Positions 37,377 through 46,217 of a stretch of 64,000 bases of DNA are shown here, piece after piece. Origin of the DNA: Rhodospirillales bacterium (lineage in GTDB: Bacteria; Pseudomonadota; Alphaproteobacteria; Rhodospirillales; UBA2165); NCBI GenBank assembly GCA_030745835.1, contig JASLNU010000077.1:4521-68520 (forward strand), given 5' to 3'. Numbering within the stretch: position 1 is the first letter of the stretch; each line of letters starts with the position of its first letter. Both the position numbers and the translations under genes were made by a program. The notes under the pieces were generated by a model. It saw only the letters and a program-made list of their open reading frames with translations, made no database searches and had not been told where the DNA came from.

Positions 37377-38522
37377 ATGTTCGACATCGACCAGGAGCAG
37401 CGCCGCGGCGCCGCCTACGAGGCCGCGCGCGGGCGCTATAACACGACCACCGAACTGATTGCCGATGCGCAAAAGCGGCTCGGCGACCAGCGCTGGGACT
37501 ATATCGCCGGCGGCACCGAATCCGAAGCCTCGCTGAAGCGCAACCGGATGGGCATCGACAGCCTGGCCCTGCGCCCGCGGGTCATGCGCAATGTCTTGAA
37601 TACCGATACCAGTCGCGAATTTTTGGGCCGCCGCCAGCGCCTGCCGCTGTTCCTGGCGCCGGTCGGCGGGCTGCACACCATCTGCGACGGCGGCGCCGCA
37701 TTGCCGGCGCGGGCGGCGCGCGAATTCGGTGTCGATTTCATGCAATCCAGCGTCACCGAACCGGGCATGCAGGAGGTCAGCGCCGAAGCGGGCGATCATT
37801 GGCTGTTCCAGCTCTATGTGTTCGGCGATTTCAACTGGATCCGGGATTATATGCTGCGCAGCATCGATCTCGGCGTCAAGGGATTTTGCGTCACCGTCGA
37901 TAGCGATCATTACAGCCGCCGCGAACGCAACCTGATCCGACATCTAGACGCCCGCGCCGACAACCCGCGCGGCCGCGGCGATCCCAAATGGCGCCAGCAA
38001 TTCGACTGGGATGTGTTCGACAAGATGCGCCAGGTTTCCGACATACCGCTGATGCTGAAGGGCATCATGCGCCCCGAAGACGCCGAACTGTGCACCCAGC
38101 ACGGCGTCGATGTGGTCTACATCTCCAACCATGGCGGGCGCCAGTTGGACCACGGCCTCGGCAGCATCGAGGTGTTGCCCGAAATCGTCGAGGCGGTGGC
38201 CGGGCGCGCCCGTGTCGTCATCGACGGCGGCTTCCTGCGCGGCACCGATATCCTGAAGGCACTGATCCTCGGCGCCGACATGGTGGCGCTGGGCAAATTG
38301 CAGGCGATCGCCGTCGGCGCCGCCGGCGAAGCCGGCGTCCACCGCATGCTGGAAATCCTGGAAGAAGAAATCAGCATCGACATGAAACTCTTGGGCGTCA
38401 ACAAACTGGACGATCTCGACGCCAGTTACCTGACCAATGCCCAGCCCACCGAAGCCCCTTCGGTCTTCTCCACCTTCCCGCTGCTGCGCTATTGGGGGAT
38501 GCGGGAGAAGGGGGAGTTGTAG
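37377..38522 (+). CDS. FMN-dependent alpha-hydroxy acid dehydrogenase/oxidase (L-lactate dehydrogenase/glycolate oxidase family)
   Basis: 381 aa: ...LMLKGI..., VYISNHGGRQLD, VVIDGGFLRGTDILKALILGADMVALG. Confidence 0.85.
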   Translation: MFDIDQEQRRGAAYEAARGRYNTTTELIADAQKRLGDQRWDYIAGGTESEASLKRNRMGIDSLALRPRVMRNVLNTDTSREFLGRRQRLPLFLAPVGGLHTICDGGAALPARAAREFGVDFMQSSVTEPGMQEVSAEAGDHWLFQLYVFGDFNWIRDYMLRSIDLGVKGFCVTVDSDHYSRRERNLIRHLDARADNPRGRGDPKWRQQFDWDVFDKMRQVSDIPLMLKGIMRPEDAELCTQHGVDVVYISNHGGRQLDHGLGSIEVLPEIVEAVAGRARVVIDGGFLRGTDILKALILGADMVALGKLQAIAVGAAGEAGVHRMLEILEEEISIDMKLLGVNKLDDLDASYLTNAQPTEAPSVFSTFPLLRYWGMREKGEL

Positions 38523-38524
38523 GC

Positions 38525-38582
38525 ACAGCCCGCCTGGGGATGGCCGGGTCGGCCAGACGGGCGTCGATCTTGGCACCTGTTT
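38525..38582 (+). repeat. Intergenic repeat family, copy 5
   Basis: ACAGCCCGCCTGGGGATGGCCGGGTCGGCCAGACGGGCGTCGATCTTGGCACCTGTT. It starts 3 nt after the preceding stop codon and is near-identical to copy 1. Confidence 0.6.
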
Positions 38583-38598
38583 ATATTTTAGCCACCAA

Positions 38599-38687
38599 CA
38601 GCCGCGCGGGCGGGGGATGGCCCACGGGAACAGGCCAATCGGGGTTGGCATGGTTGGCCGATTGGCCGTCCGGCATGGCACTTGTCC
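38599..38687 (+). repeat. Intergenic repeat family, copy 6 (long form)
   Basis: Contains the hairpin GGCCAATCGG-(15 nt)-CCGATTGGCC. It matches the reverse complement of 20435-20519 almost base for base. Confidence 0.6.
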
Positions 38688-38778
38688 AAATTTTGGCGGC
38701 CCAATATCCGTCCGCGCTCCGATGTGGCGCTCCGCTTATTTGCGAAAGGCGTGGCCGGAGCATCTCTCTCCGAATCAT

Positions 38779-38864
38779 CGGGACGGCCGATTGGCCAACC
38801 GGACCATCCAGTCGCGAATCTCCGGGGCGGCCGATTGGCCAACCCGGCCAATCCCCAATCGGCC
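38779..38864. repeat. Intergenic repeat family, copy 7 (degenerate, partly inverted; two CGGCCGATTGGCCAAC units)
   Basis: GGACGGCCGATTGGCCAACCGG...GGCGGCCGATTGGCCAACCCGGCCAATCCCCAATCGGCC. Confidence 0.5.
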
Positions 38865-38890
38865 TAAAGTTTTTACTTTACCCATTATTG

Positions 38891-39331
38891 TCACGCCGCC
38901 GCGTCAGCAACACTGAGCTCCAACCGTTTGCCGAGGATCGCAAGCGCGTCTTCGAGGCGCGTGATCTTGGTTTTATGGCGCGGGCTCAGCATGCGCCGTA
39001 CTTCGGCTTCGCCCACGCCGAGCGCCTTGGCGAGGGCGACCCTGGTTGTGCCGGATTCGCGAAACGCTTGGTTGAGCGCCGCCTTCGCCGCGATCAGGAC
39101 GCCCGGGCGCACCAGCGACCGCCCACGTGCCGGCGAGGGTTTGGGCAGGGCTTCTCCCTCGACCAGCAAGCCGGCGATCATTTCTTCCAGGCAGTCCTGC
39201 GCTTCCTCAAGGGCTTCGTCCCGGGTTGCGCCGTCGGTGGCGCCCCAACCGAAGTCGGGAAAAGAGACGACGAACCTGCCATCTTCATCCTCGGTAAGCT
39301 TGGCGGGGTATGCGAGCGAGATAGTGGTCAT
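38891..39331 (-). CDS. hicB: HicB-family antitoxin (RNase H-like fold + C-terminal HTH)
   Basis: 146 aa. The N-terminus is YPAKLTEDEDGRFVVSFPDFGWGATDGATRDEALEEAQDCLEE. The C-terminus is an HTH (ESGTTRVALAKALGVGEAEVRRML). Confidence 0.85.
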   Translation of the reverse strand: MTTISLAYPAKLTEDEDGRFVVSFPDFGWGATDGATRDEALEEAQDCLEEMIAGLLVEGEALPKPSPARGRSLVRPGVLIAAKAALNQAFRESGTTRVALAKALGVGEAEVRRMLSPRHKTKITRLEDALAILGKRLELSVADAAA

Positions 39332-39342
39332 GATCCGGTATC

Positions 39343-39565
39343 CTAAAGTTCGGTTCGGTCGAGCCCCAAATCCTTCAACATGGAACGGAGTAGCCCTTCG
39401 CCGATTTCCTTTTTCAAATCCTTAATCGTCGTGCGCCGGTTCCCGAAATTTAGGGTGGCGTGGGAACCCTTGCCGCGATTTTGGTTGATGCTGATGGCCA
39501 CGCCCCGATAAATCCGTGGGCCGGGCAATCTTACGAAGGCGGCGAATAAGCTCGTTGCCGTTCAT
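39343..39565 (-). pseudogene. hicA: HicA-family mRNA-interferase toxin, frameshifted
   Basis: The N-terminus MNGNELIRRLRKIAR (ATG at 39565) lies in one frame. The C-terminal ...RIYRGVAISINQNRGKGSHATLNFGNRRTTIKDLKKEIGEGLLRSMLKDLGL lies in another. The frames switch within CGGCCCACGG (about 39504-39513). Confidence 0.7.
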
Positions 39566-39686
39566 GCATGTATCGTACAAAATTGTACGAATTAAGTCGA
39601 GTGCGGAATAGAAACATCGCACCTGCCCCGGTTAAACCGGGGCATGACGACAATTACGGGCCGCAGTTAAGGCTGCCTAAGCCCGC

Positions 39687-40208
39687 TTACATGTTGGTAT
39701 CGTGGATGCCGGCGATGAAGTTTTTGACGCGGGTTCGGGTGCGCGCGCCGTCGTCGGTCTTGTCGTCGGCCAGCAGGTAGTATTTGGCGATGGTCGCGGC
39801 CAGGTAGGCGACATTGCGCGTCTCTTCGAACTTGGAGGCGGGAACCGTGGCCAGCGCCATGGCCGCTTCGCGCTCGCTCTTGGCCTTGCCGTCTTTGATA
39901 TTGCGCGCGGTATTTTGGATGATGCCCTGGGTTCCCTTACCTATCCGATCGGCGCCCTCGGCGTTGAAGGCCTTCAACACAATATCGATAAGCTGTTTCG
40001 CTTCCCGGTCCATGCGCGCCGGATTTTCGGCGCCCTGCATGCTTTCCTTGATCCCCAGTTTTTTCGCCATCCAGATGTAAATGGCGAGGCCGACGGTGGC
40101 GACGGCGAGGATCAATTGAATCGTCGGCTGCGACTGGAAAACCAGAACGGCCAAGGCCAACGCGACGATCAGAAGCAGCGTTAAAACGATGCGAAGCAGC
40201 AGGCTCAT
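39687..40208 (-). CDS. Hypothetical membrane protein (two N-terminal TM helices + helical soluble domain)
   Basis: 173 aa: MSLLLRIVLTLLLIVALALAVLVF...LILAVATVGLAIYIW.... I recognise no family. Confidence 0.6.
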   Translation of the reverse strand: MSLLLRIVLTLLLIVALALAVLVFQSQPTIQLILAVATVGLAIYIWMAKKLGIKESMQGAENPARMDREAKQLIDIVLKAFNAEGADRIGKGTQGIIQNTARNIKDGKAKSEREAAMALATVPASKFEETRNVAYLAATIAKYYLLADDKTDDGARTRTRVKNFIAGIHDTNM

Positions 40209-40317
40209 GGATCCTCAACAAATCTGTTCATCAAACATCCCCGCCGACGGTCATAAGGCACACCGCGCCCGCGCGGCAACTGTGGGAAGTATCTATAGCG
40301 GTAGCGCCCAATGGGCC

Positions 40318-41886
40318 CTAGGAAGCTCCGCCCGAGGCGATTTTCCGGAGCGCCAGTTTATCGATTTTGCCGACCGTGGTTTTGGGAACCTCGTCGACGA
40401 TATCGATGGCGGCGGGAACCTTGTATTTGGCGAGGTTTTCCCGGCAGTAATCCAACAGATCATCGGCGCTGACCTCGGCACCGGGTTTCAGCACGACGCA
40501 GGCCTTGATGATTTCACCCCGGTATTCGTCGGGCACGCCGACCGCCGCCGCTTCGTGAACGGCGGGGTTCGAATAAAGGACCTCATCGATTTCGCGGGGA
40601 TAAACGTTATAGCCGCCGACAATCGCCATGTCCTTTTTGCGGTCGCGAATGAACAGGTCGCCGTCTTCGTCGAACTCGCCGATATCGCCGGTATAGAGCC
40701 AGCCGCCACGCAACGCCGCCGCCGTTTCCTCGGGCCGGTTGCGGTAGCCGGACATGATCTGCGGGCCACGGGCGCGGATCTCGCCCTGTTCCCCCGGCCC
40801 CAATATCTTGGCGCCGGTTTCGACATCGACAATTTGAATTTCCGTCTGCGGGATCGGTTTGCCGACCGAGCCGGGCCTGATCGCCTCGGCCTCGCCGATA
40901 TAGGTCAGGACCGGGCCCGCCTCGCTTTGACCGTAGCCTTCCAGGATCGGGCAGCCGGTCAGTTCCTGCCAGCGTTTCAAGGTTTCCTCGGGCAACGGCG
41001 CCGACCCGGAATAGGCCGTCACCAGGGAGGTGAAATCGCGGTTTTCGAAGCCCTCGAACCCCATCAGCCCGTTAAACACGGTCGGCCCGGCCGGCAGGCG
41101 GGTGATTTTTTCGTTCTCGATGGTGTCTAGCACCAAGGCCGGATGATAGCGCGGCAGGATCACCAGCCGTCCCCGGCAATAGGCGGTCAGATGCAGGCAC
41201 ATGGAACTGGCGAACACGTGGAACAACGGCATCACGCAGAGCACCGTTTCGTTGTCCGGGCGGGTCGGCAGGACAGCTTCGCGCTGCGAGATATTCACCG
41301 ACATCTGGCCGTGGGAAATATTGACGCCCTTGGGCAGGCCGGTGGTGCCGCCGGTATATTGCAAGGTGGCGAGGGTCTCGGGGCCGGGCAATTGGTCTGG
41401 CAATTTGGCCTGCCCGTCATCGCGCCATTTATCCAAAAGCCGGCCTTCCTTGCCGCCCACCAGAATACCCTCGGCGATCCCGATTTCCTTTACCAGAGGT
41501 TCGACCACGGCCGCCGTTTGTTCATCATGGATCACCGCCGCCGGATCGGAATCCTTCAAAATATGGGTCATTTCGCGGGCCGTATAGATCGGATTGACGG
41601 GCACCGCCTGGGCGCCGGCGGCATGGATGGCGAACAGGGCGACGGCCATTTCGATGGAGTTGCCGCAGACCAGGGCAACCCGCCCGCCGCGGACGCCAAG
41701 CTCCAGAAGTTCAGACGCAAAGCCGCCGACGCAACGGATATATTGGCTGTAGGTAAGGTCCCTTCCCTCGAAACTGAGGGCGTGCGCGGCGCCGGCTTTT
41801 TGGCCAGATTCGGCAAGCATATGGACGACGGTATCATGAACTTTCGGCAACTCGTTGTTCACGTTACTCCCCCTAGAATTGATCAA
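40318..41886 (-). CDS. AMP-dependent acyl-CoA synthetase/ligase
   Basis: 522 aa: LQYTGGTTGLPKGV (AMP-binding motif), GYGQSE, TGDIGEFDEDGDLFIRDRKKD, GKIDK. Confidence 0.9.
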   Translation of the reverse strand: MINSRGSNVNNELPKVHDTVVHMLAESGQKAGAAHALSFEGRDLTYSQYIRCVGGFASELLELGVRGGRVALVCGNSIEMAVALFAIHAAGAQAVPVNPIYTAREMTHILKDSDPAAVIHDEQTAAVVEPLVKEIGIAEGILVGGKEGRLLDKWRDDGQAKLPDQLPGPETLATLQYTGGTTGLPKGVNISHGQMSVNISQREAVLPTRPDNETVLCVMPLFHVFASSMCLHLTAYCRGRLVILPRYHPALVLDTIENEKITRLPAGPTVFNGLMGFEGFENRDFTSLVTAYSGSAPLPEETLKRWQELTGCPILEGYGQSEAGPVLTYIGEAEAIRPGSVGKPIPQTEIQIVDVETGAKILGPGEQGEIRARGPQIMSGYRNRPEETAAALRGGWLYTGDIGEFDEDGDLFIRDRKKDMAIVGGYNVYPREIDEVLYSNPAVHEAAAVGVPDEYRGEIIKACVVLKPGAEVSADDLLDYCRENLAKYKVPAAIDIVDEVPKTTVGKIDKLALRKIASGGAS

Positions 41887-41929
41887 CGCTCAAACGGAAT
41901 TGCCGGTTCGTCTCCCGCCGGTATTCGGC

Positions 41930-43873
41930 TTACCACCCCGGAGGACGGGAAATCGCAAGGTGGGAACGGACCTCTTCCTCAGTCGGAATCCGGTCCGGCT
42001 TGATATCCTTGCCGAGAGGATTGACCTGGAAGGCGGCGGTTCCCTCGGGGAAGCCCTTCTGACGCAGAACGTCGCGCGCCACCTTGGTCTTCTCCTCGTC
42101 GATCCGGTAATCGGCCGCTTCGGCGTCGATTTCCTCGATCACCACGCCATAATATTCCTCGGCCGCTTCCATGGTCAGCCATTCGTCGATGACATCGGCC
42201 AGAACCAGTTCCGGTTCGCGGTCCAGGGGATTGCCGAAGCCGCCGCCACCCGACGAGCCGTAGAAAATCTTGTCGCCCTTCTTGAGCCTGACGCCGGTCG
42301 CATACATACCGGCGTCGAACTCTTCATCGGTTCCCTTGTTGATAATCAGGGTCGAACCGCCGCCATTGAGACCGCCCGAGATACCGAACGGCGTATGGAT
42401 TTCGCGGTCACCGTGAATGGTCATGGTGATGTCGGTTTGGATGACCAACTCGCGGATCAGGCCGAAGCCGCCGCGCCGGAAGCCATGGCCGCAACTGTCG
42501 GGGCGCGCCTCGTAGCGGTCGAAAATGACCGGGAACCAGCGTTCTTCAAGCTCCTGCGGAATGGTCCTGGCGTTGCAGAAGCGCATGAAGATCAAGGATT
42601 TGCCGTCCTTGAAGGTGCGCGCGTTCTCGCCGCCGACGGCCCAGGTATATTGGATGAAGTCCTTCTTGGTCCTCGGGTTGTAACCACCCATGCAAAGGTT
42701 GGTCAGGCTGACCGCCGCCGGATAAACCCGCCACGGCTGATCCTTGGCCATGACCCCCGCCAAACAGGCGATGGTCACCGCCTCGATCTTATCGAAGGCG
42801 CCCGAGCAGTAACCGGTGGTCGGCGCCGGGAAGACCACATCGACGCAGGTGCCCGGCTTCGAGATGATTTCAAGGTTGCGGATGATGCCGTGGTTGAGCG
42901 GGAACAACTGCGGGAAGCAGATCATAAAACCGAGATAGTTGCCGCCGATCAAGGTCGCCCGGCTGCCGCCCCAGGAGGCTTTCGGCTGGGGATCGGAATC
43001 GGTCCAATCGAAGGACAGCTTTGAGCCCGTCTTGGTCAGTTTGCAATGAACCCGGATCGGCGGTTTGCCTTCGGCCATGACATCCTGATCGCCGAAATCC
43101 TCGAATTCCCATTCACCGTCGGGCAGCGATTCCAGTTCCGCCAGCATCATCCGTTCGGAATAATTGAACTGCTCTTCATAGGCCTGGAAAAGGGTTTCCT
43201 TGCCGTACTTTTCACACAGTTCGACAACCCGGGCGTCGATCAGTTTGGCGGCTTCGAATTGCGCCTTCATATCGGCCCGCCGTTCGACGGCGCCGCGAAT
43301 GTTAATTTCGATCAGGCTGAACAGCTCTTCGTCGAGCTCATTGTTCTTGAACAGACGGATCGGCGGGATGCGTATGCCCTCGGCGTAACAGGTGGTCGCC
43401 TCGGGGTTGAAGGTGCCCGGCATCGGCCCCCCCATATCGGCCCAGTGAATAACCGTGCACGAGAACGAGACGATTTCGCCTTCGTAGAAAATCGGGCGGA
43501 TCATGCGCACGTCGTTGACGTGCGAGCCGGTGCGGTAGGGATCACTGAAAATATAGGTATCCCCGGGCTTCATCGTATCCTTCGGGATATCCTTGAAGAG
43601 TTCGGTCACCGACGGTTCGAACGATGCATAGTGGGCGGCGGCGTCGGTATGGCCGTGCGCCACCAAGCGGGCGTCCTTGGTCAACAAGGCGTTGGAGCGG
43701 TCGCGGCCCATGCCGATCACCGGGTGATAGGCGATCCGCTCGATGGTCGTCGACGCCTCGTAGCAGGCCGCCACAAAGGCGTTGCGCAGCACCTCGAAGG
43801 TGATCAGGTCCATCTGAAGACCTTCGATGTTCGACAATTTTTCCTTGACGTCGATTTCTGCTTGAGCAGCCAT
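41930..43873 (-). CDS. hyuB: Hydantoinase B/oxoprolinase-family protein
   Basis: 647 aa: DLITFEVLRNAF..., ...GGGGFGNPLDREPELVLADV.... Confidence 0.9.
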   Translation of the reverse strand: MAAQAEIDVKEKLSNIEGLQMDLITFEVLRNAFVAACYEASTTIERIAYHPVIGMGRDRSNALLTKDARLVAHGHTDAAAHYASFEPSVTELFKDIPKDTMKPGDTYIFSDPYRTGSHVNDVRMIRPIFYEGEIVSFSCTVIHWADMGGPMPGTFNPEATTCYAEGIRIPPIRLFKNNELDEELFSLIEINIRGAVERRADMKAQFEAAKLIDARVVELCEKYGKETLFQAYEEQFNYSERMMLAELESLPDGEWEFEDFGDQDVMAEGKPPIRVHCKLTKTGSKLSFDWTDSDPQPKASWGGSRATLIGGNYLGFMICFPQLFPLNHGIIRNLEIISKPGTCVDVVFPAPTTGYCSGAFDKIEAVTIACLAGVMAKDQPWRVYPAAVSLTNLCMGGYNPRTKKDFIQYTWAVGGENARTFKDGKSLIFMRFCNARTIPQELEERWFPVIFDRYEARPDSCGHGFRRGGFGLIRELVIQTDITMTIHGDREIHTPFGISGGLNGGGSTLIINKGTDEEFDAGMYATGVRLKKGDKIFYGSSGGGGFGNPLDREPELVLADVIDEWLTMEAAEEYYGVVIEEIDAEAADYRIDEEKTKVARDVLRQKGFPEGTAAFQVNPLGKDIKPDRIPTEEEVRSHLAISRPPGW

Positions 43874-43883
43874 TTTAGCCTCC

Positions 43884-45941
43884 TTACTGATCTACATTAA
43901 TGACGAGATTGCCGTACTTGTCGACGCTGCAATGGGTTCCCGGCGGCATCACGGTTGTGGTATCGGGCTGTTCGATAACCGCCGGTCCGTCAAATTCCGC
44001 GCCCGGCGGCAATTTACCGCGCTCGTAGATGTCGGCTTCGAGAAAGTCATGACCCTTAAACCACACCTGGCGGTTCGGCTTCCTGGCGTCTTCCAGGGAT
44101 CCGGCTTCTTCGATTTCCGGCAGGTTTGGCTTGATGATCTCACCTTTTGCCACGACCCGCAAATTGACGACTTCGACGGGGGCGTAACCGGGCGGCAGAT
44201 TGTAGCCGTACTCGGCCTGCATATCGTCCATGAAATTCCGGGTGATGCCTTCCAGGTCCTTAAGCTCCCCATCGGGGAGATCGACCGTGAAAAAACGGCT
44301 TTGCGAGAAGTATTTGACATCGACATAGCGCTCGACCGAAACCATGTCTTTTTCGATGCCCTCCTTGGCCAGAATCCGATGGGATTTTTCCACCAGATTA
44401 CCGACTTCCTGGTTGAGTTCATCGAAATCGAGTTCTTCCTCGGTCTTGTGAATGGGCGTCGTGAATTCGTGTTTAACGTCGACCCGGATGGCGCCGAAAG
44501 CCGAGGCATAACCCGGCAGCGGCGGCACCACGACGGTCGGCGAGCCGATCTCGCGGGCCAGGTCACAGGCATACAACGCGCCACCGCCGCCATAGGGCAC
44601 GATGGCGAATTCACGGGGGTCCCAGCCACGCGACACGGTCTGGATACGCATCGCCATCATCAGGGCGCTCAACGCCACCATATAGGTGTTGGCGGCGGCT
44701 TCCTTGACGTCCCAGCCATAGTGATCGCCGACTTTTTTCTGCACCGCCTGGAAAGACAGATCGCCATCGACCTTCATTTCACCGCCCAGGAAATATTCCG
44801 GATCGATGCGCCCCAGGACGATCTGGCTGTCGGTGTTGGTGGCTTCCTCGCCGCCCTGGCCGTAACAGGCCGGGCCCGGCACGGCGCCCATGCTTTGCGG
44901 GCCGACGTTCAAGATTCCGCCGTTATCGACCCAGCTGATGCTGCCGCCGCCGGAACCGATATAAACGGTATCCACCGAGGGCAGGCAACAGGGCACGTTC
45001 CACAGGATTTTCCATTCGTGGGTGATCGCCGGCGAGCCTTGATAAATCATCGACACATTGTTGGTGGTGCCGCCGGTCTCGAAGGCGATAACGTTGTCAA
45101 AACCGGCCAACGAGCCGATATAACCGGCCATGCCGACGGCGCCCGACACCGGCGATGAGTGGAAGGTCTTGGCCGGGAACTTGATCGCCTCGTCCATGCC
45201 GATGACACCGCCGCCCGACGTGGTAATCAGCAACGGGCCGTCATATCCCCAATCGTCCTGGAGACGTTTGGCCAATCCGCCCAAATAGTTTTTCAGGATC
45301 GGCGAAATATAGGCGTTCAATACGGTCGTACAGGTGCGTTCGAACTCCAGCATTTGCGGCAGCACTTCGTGGCTCAGGGTGACATCCACATCGGGAAGTT
45401 CTTGTGCCAAAATCTCGCGGGTGCGCAGCTCGTGAACCGGGTTCATGAAAGAATCCATGTAAACGACGGCGATCGATTCGATCCCCCGCTTTTTACATTT
45501 TCGCGCCGCCAGAAGGACATCTTCCTCGTTGATCTCGGTGATCACGTCGCCATAGGGCCCGACCCGTTCCCTGACCGGCATCACGTTGCGCCTCGGAATA
45601 ATCAGCTCCGGCGGGTCCCAATCAAGCTCGAAAGCCGAGATCCTTTCGGCCCGGCCACCGCCCAAAACATCGCGGAAACCATCGGTCGTGATCAATGCCG
45701 TTTGAACGCCCTTGCGCTCGAGGATGGCGTTGGTCGAAACGGTGGCGCCGTGGCGGAACGATAACACTTCGTCGCCCGAAATTCCGGCCCGTTTGAGGCC
45801 ATTGATGACACCATCGAAAAAGGTCGGCGGCGTCGACGCCACCTTGCCGAGCTTCTGCTCGCCGGTCTCCATGTTGATGCAAATAACGTCGGTAAAAGTA
45901 CCGCCGATGTCGGTGCCAACGACCCATTGTTTCTCAGCCAT
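43884..45941 (-). CDS. hyuA: Hydantoinase A/oxoprolinase-family protein
   Basis: 685 aa: VGTDIGGTFTDV..., ...ITTSGGG..., ...FETGGTT.... It lies 10 nt upstream of hyuB. Confidence 0.9.
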   Translation of the reverse strand: MAEKQWVVGTDIGGTFTDVICINMETGEQKLGKVASTPPTFFDGVINGLKRAGISGDEVLSFRHGATVSTNAILERKGVQTALITTDGFRDVLGGGRAERISAFELDWDPPELIIPRRNVMPVRERVGPYGDVITEINEEDVLLAARKCKKRGIESIAVVYMDSFMNPVHELRTREILAQELPDVDVTLSHEVLPQMLEFERTCTTVLNAYISPILKNYLGGLAKRLQDDWGYDGPLLITTSGGGVIGMDEAIKFPAKTFHSSPVSGAVGMAGYIGSLAGFDNVIAFETGGTTNNVSMIYQGSPAITHEWKILWNVPCCLPSVDTVYIGSGGGSISWVDNGGILNVGPQSMGAVPGPACYGQGGEEATNTDSQIVLGRIDPEYFLGGEMKVDGDLSFQAVQKKVGDHYGWDVKEAAANTYMVALSALMMAMRIQTVSRGWDPREFAIVPYGGGGALYACDLAREIGSPTVVVPPLPGYASAFGAIRVDVKHEFTTPIHKTEEELDFDELNQEVGNLVEKSHRILAKEGIEKDMVSVERYVDVKYFSQSRFFTVDLPDGELKDLEGITRNFMDDMQAEYGYNLPPGYAPVEVVNLRVVAKGEIIKPNLPEIEEAGSLEDARKPNRQVWFKGHDFLEADIYERGKLPPGAEFDGPAVIEQPDTTTVMPPGTHCSVDKYGNLVINVDQ

Positions 45942-46146
45942 CTTAAATTCTCCCCGCTAACATCTTCCTTGATCGGATCAGTTCAGAGTCCAATTGGGTC
46001 AACCTCAGCCACCAAGTTCCTTAAAAGGAACGCCATTCGGCTCCAAAAGAGAACGCTATTCTCTTTTAGGCATCTTTGTCAATCACTTGCCGTAAAAAAA
46101 TCTAGATTTTTGTCATCAACCGGTTATTGGAGGTGAAATTCGGAAC

Positions 46147-46190
46147 GGCCGGCGGAATATTTCTTGGCAAATTAGAAATTTCCGCCGGCC
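46147..46190 (-). terminator. Stem-loop GGCCGGCGGAA-(22 nt)-TTCCGCCGGCC downstream of the ABC binding-protein gene
   Basis: 11-bp GC-rich stem, 28 nt after the stop at 46218. The U-tract is weak. Confidence 0.35.
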
Positions 46191-46217
46191 AGCCGAATTC
46201 AACAACCGGATGCGCCG

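Noticed and set aside
38525-38864. Possible CRISPR array, given clustered short repeats
   Set aside because: The repeat units differ in length and orientation, and the spacing is irregular. There are only about three units, no cas genes and no leader. The same units also occur singly elsewhere. This is a REP/BIME-like mosaic, not CRISPR.
37988-39346. 452-aa plus-strand ORF running from inside the hydroxy-acid dehydrogenase gene through the repeat cluster and antisense to hicB
   Set aside because: The sequence is Arg/Pro/Gly-rich low complexity. It crosses three repeat copies and an established gene in another frame, so it is an artefact.
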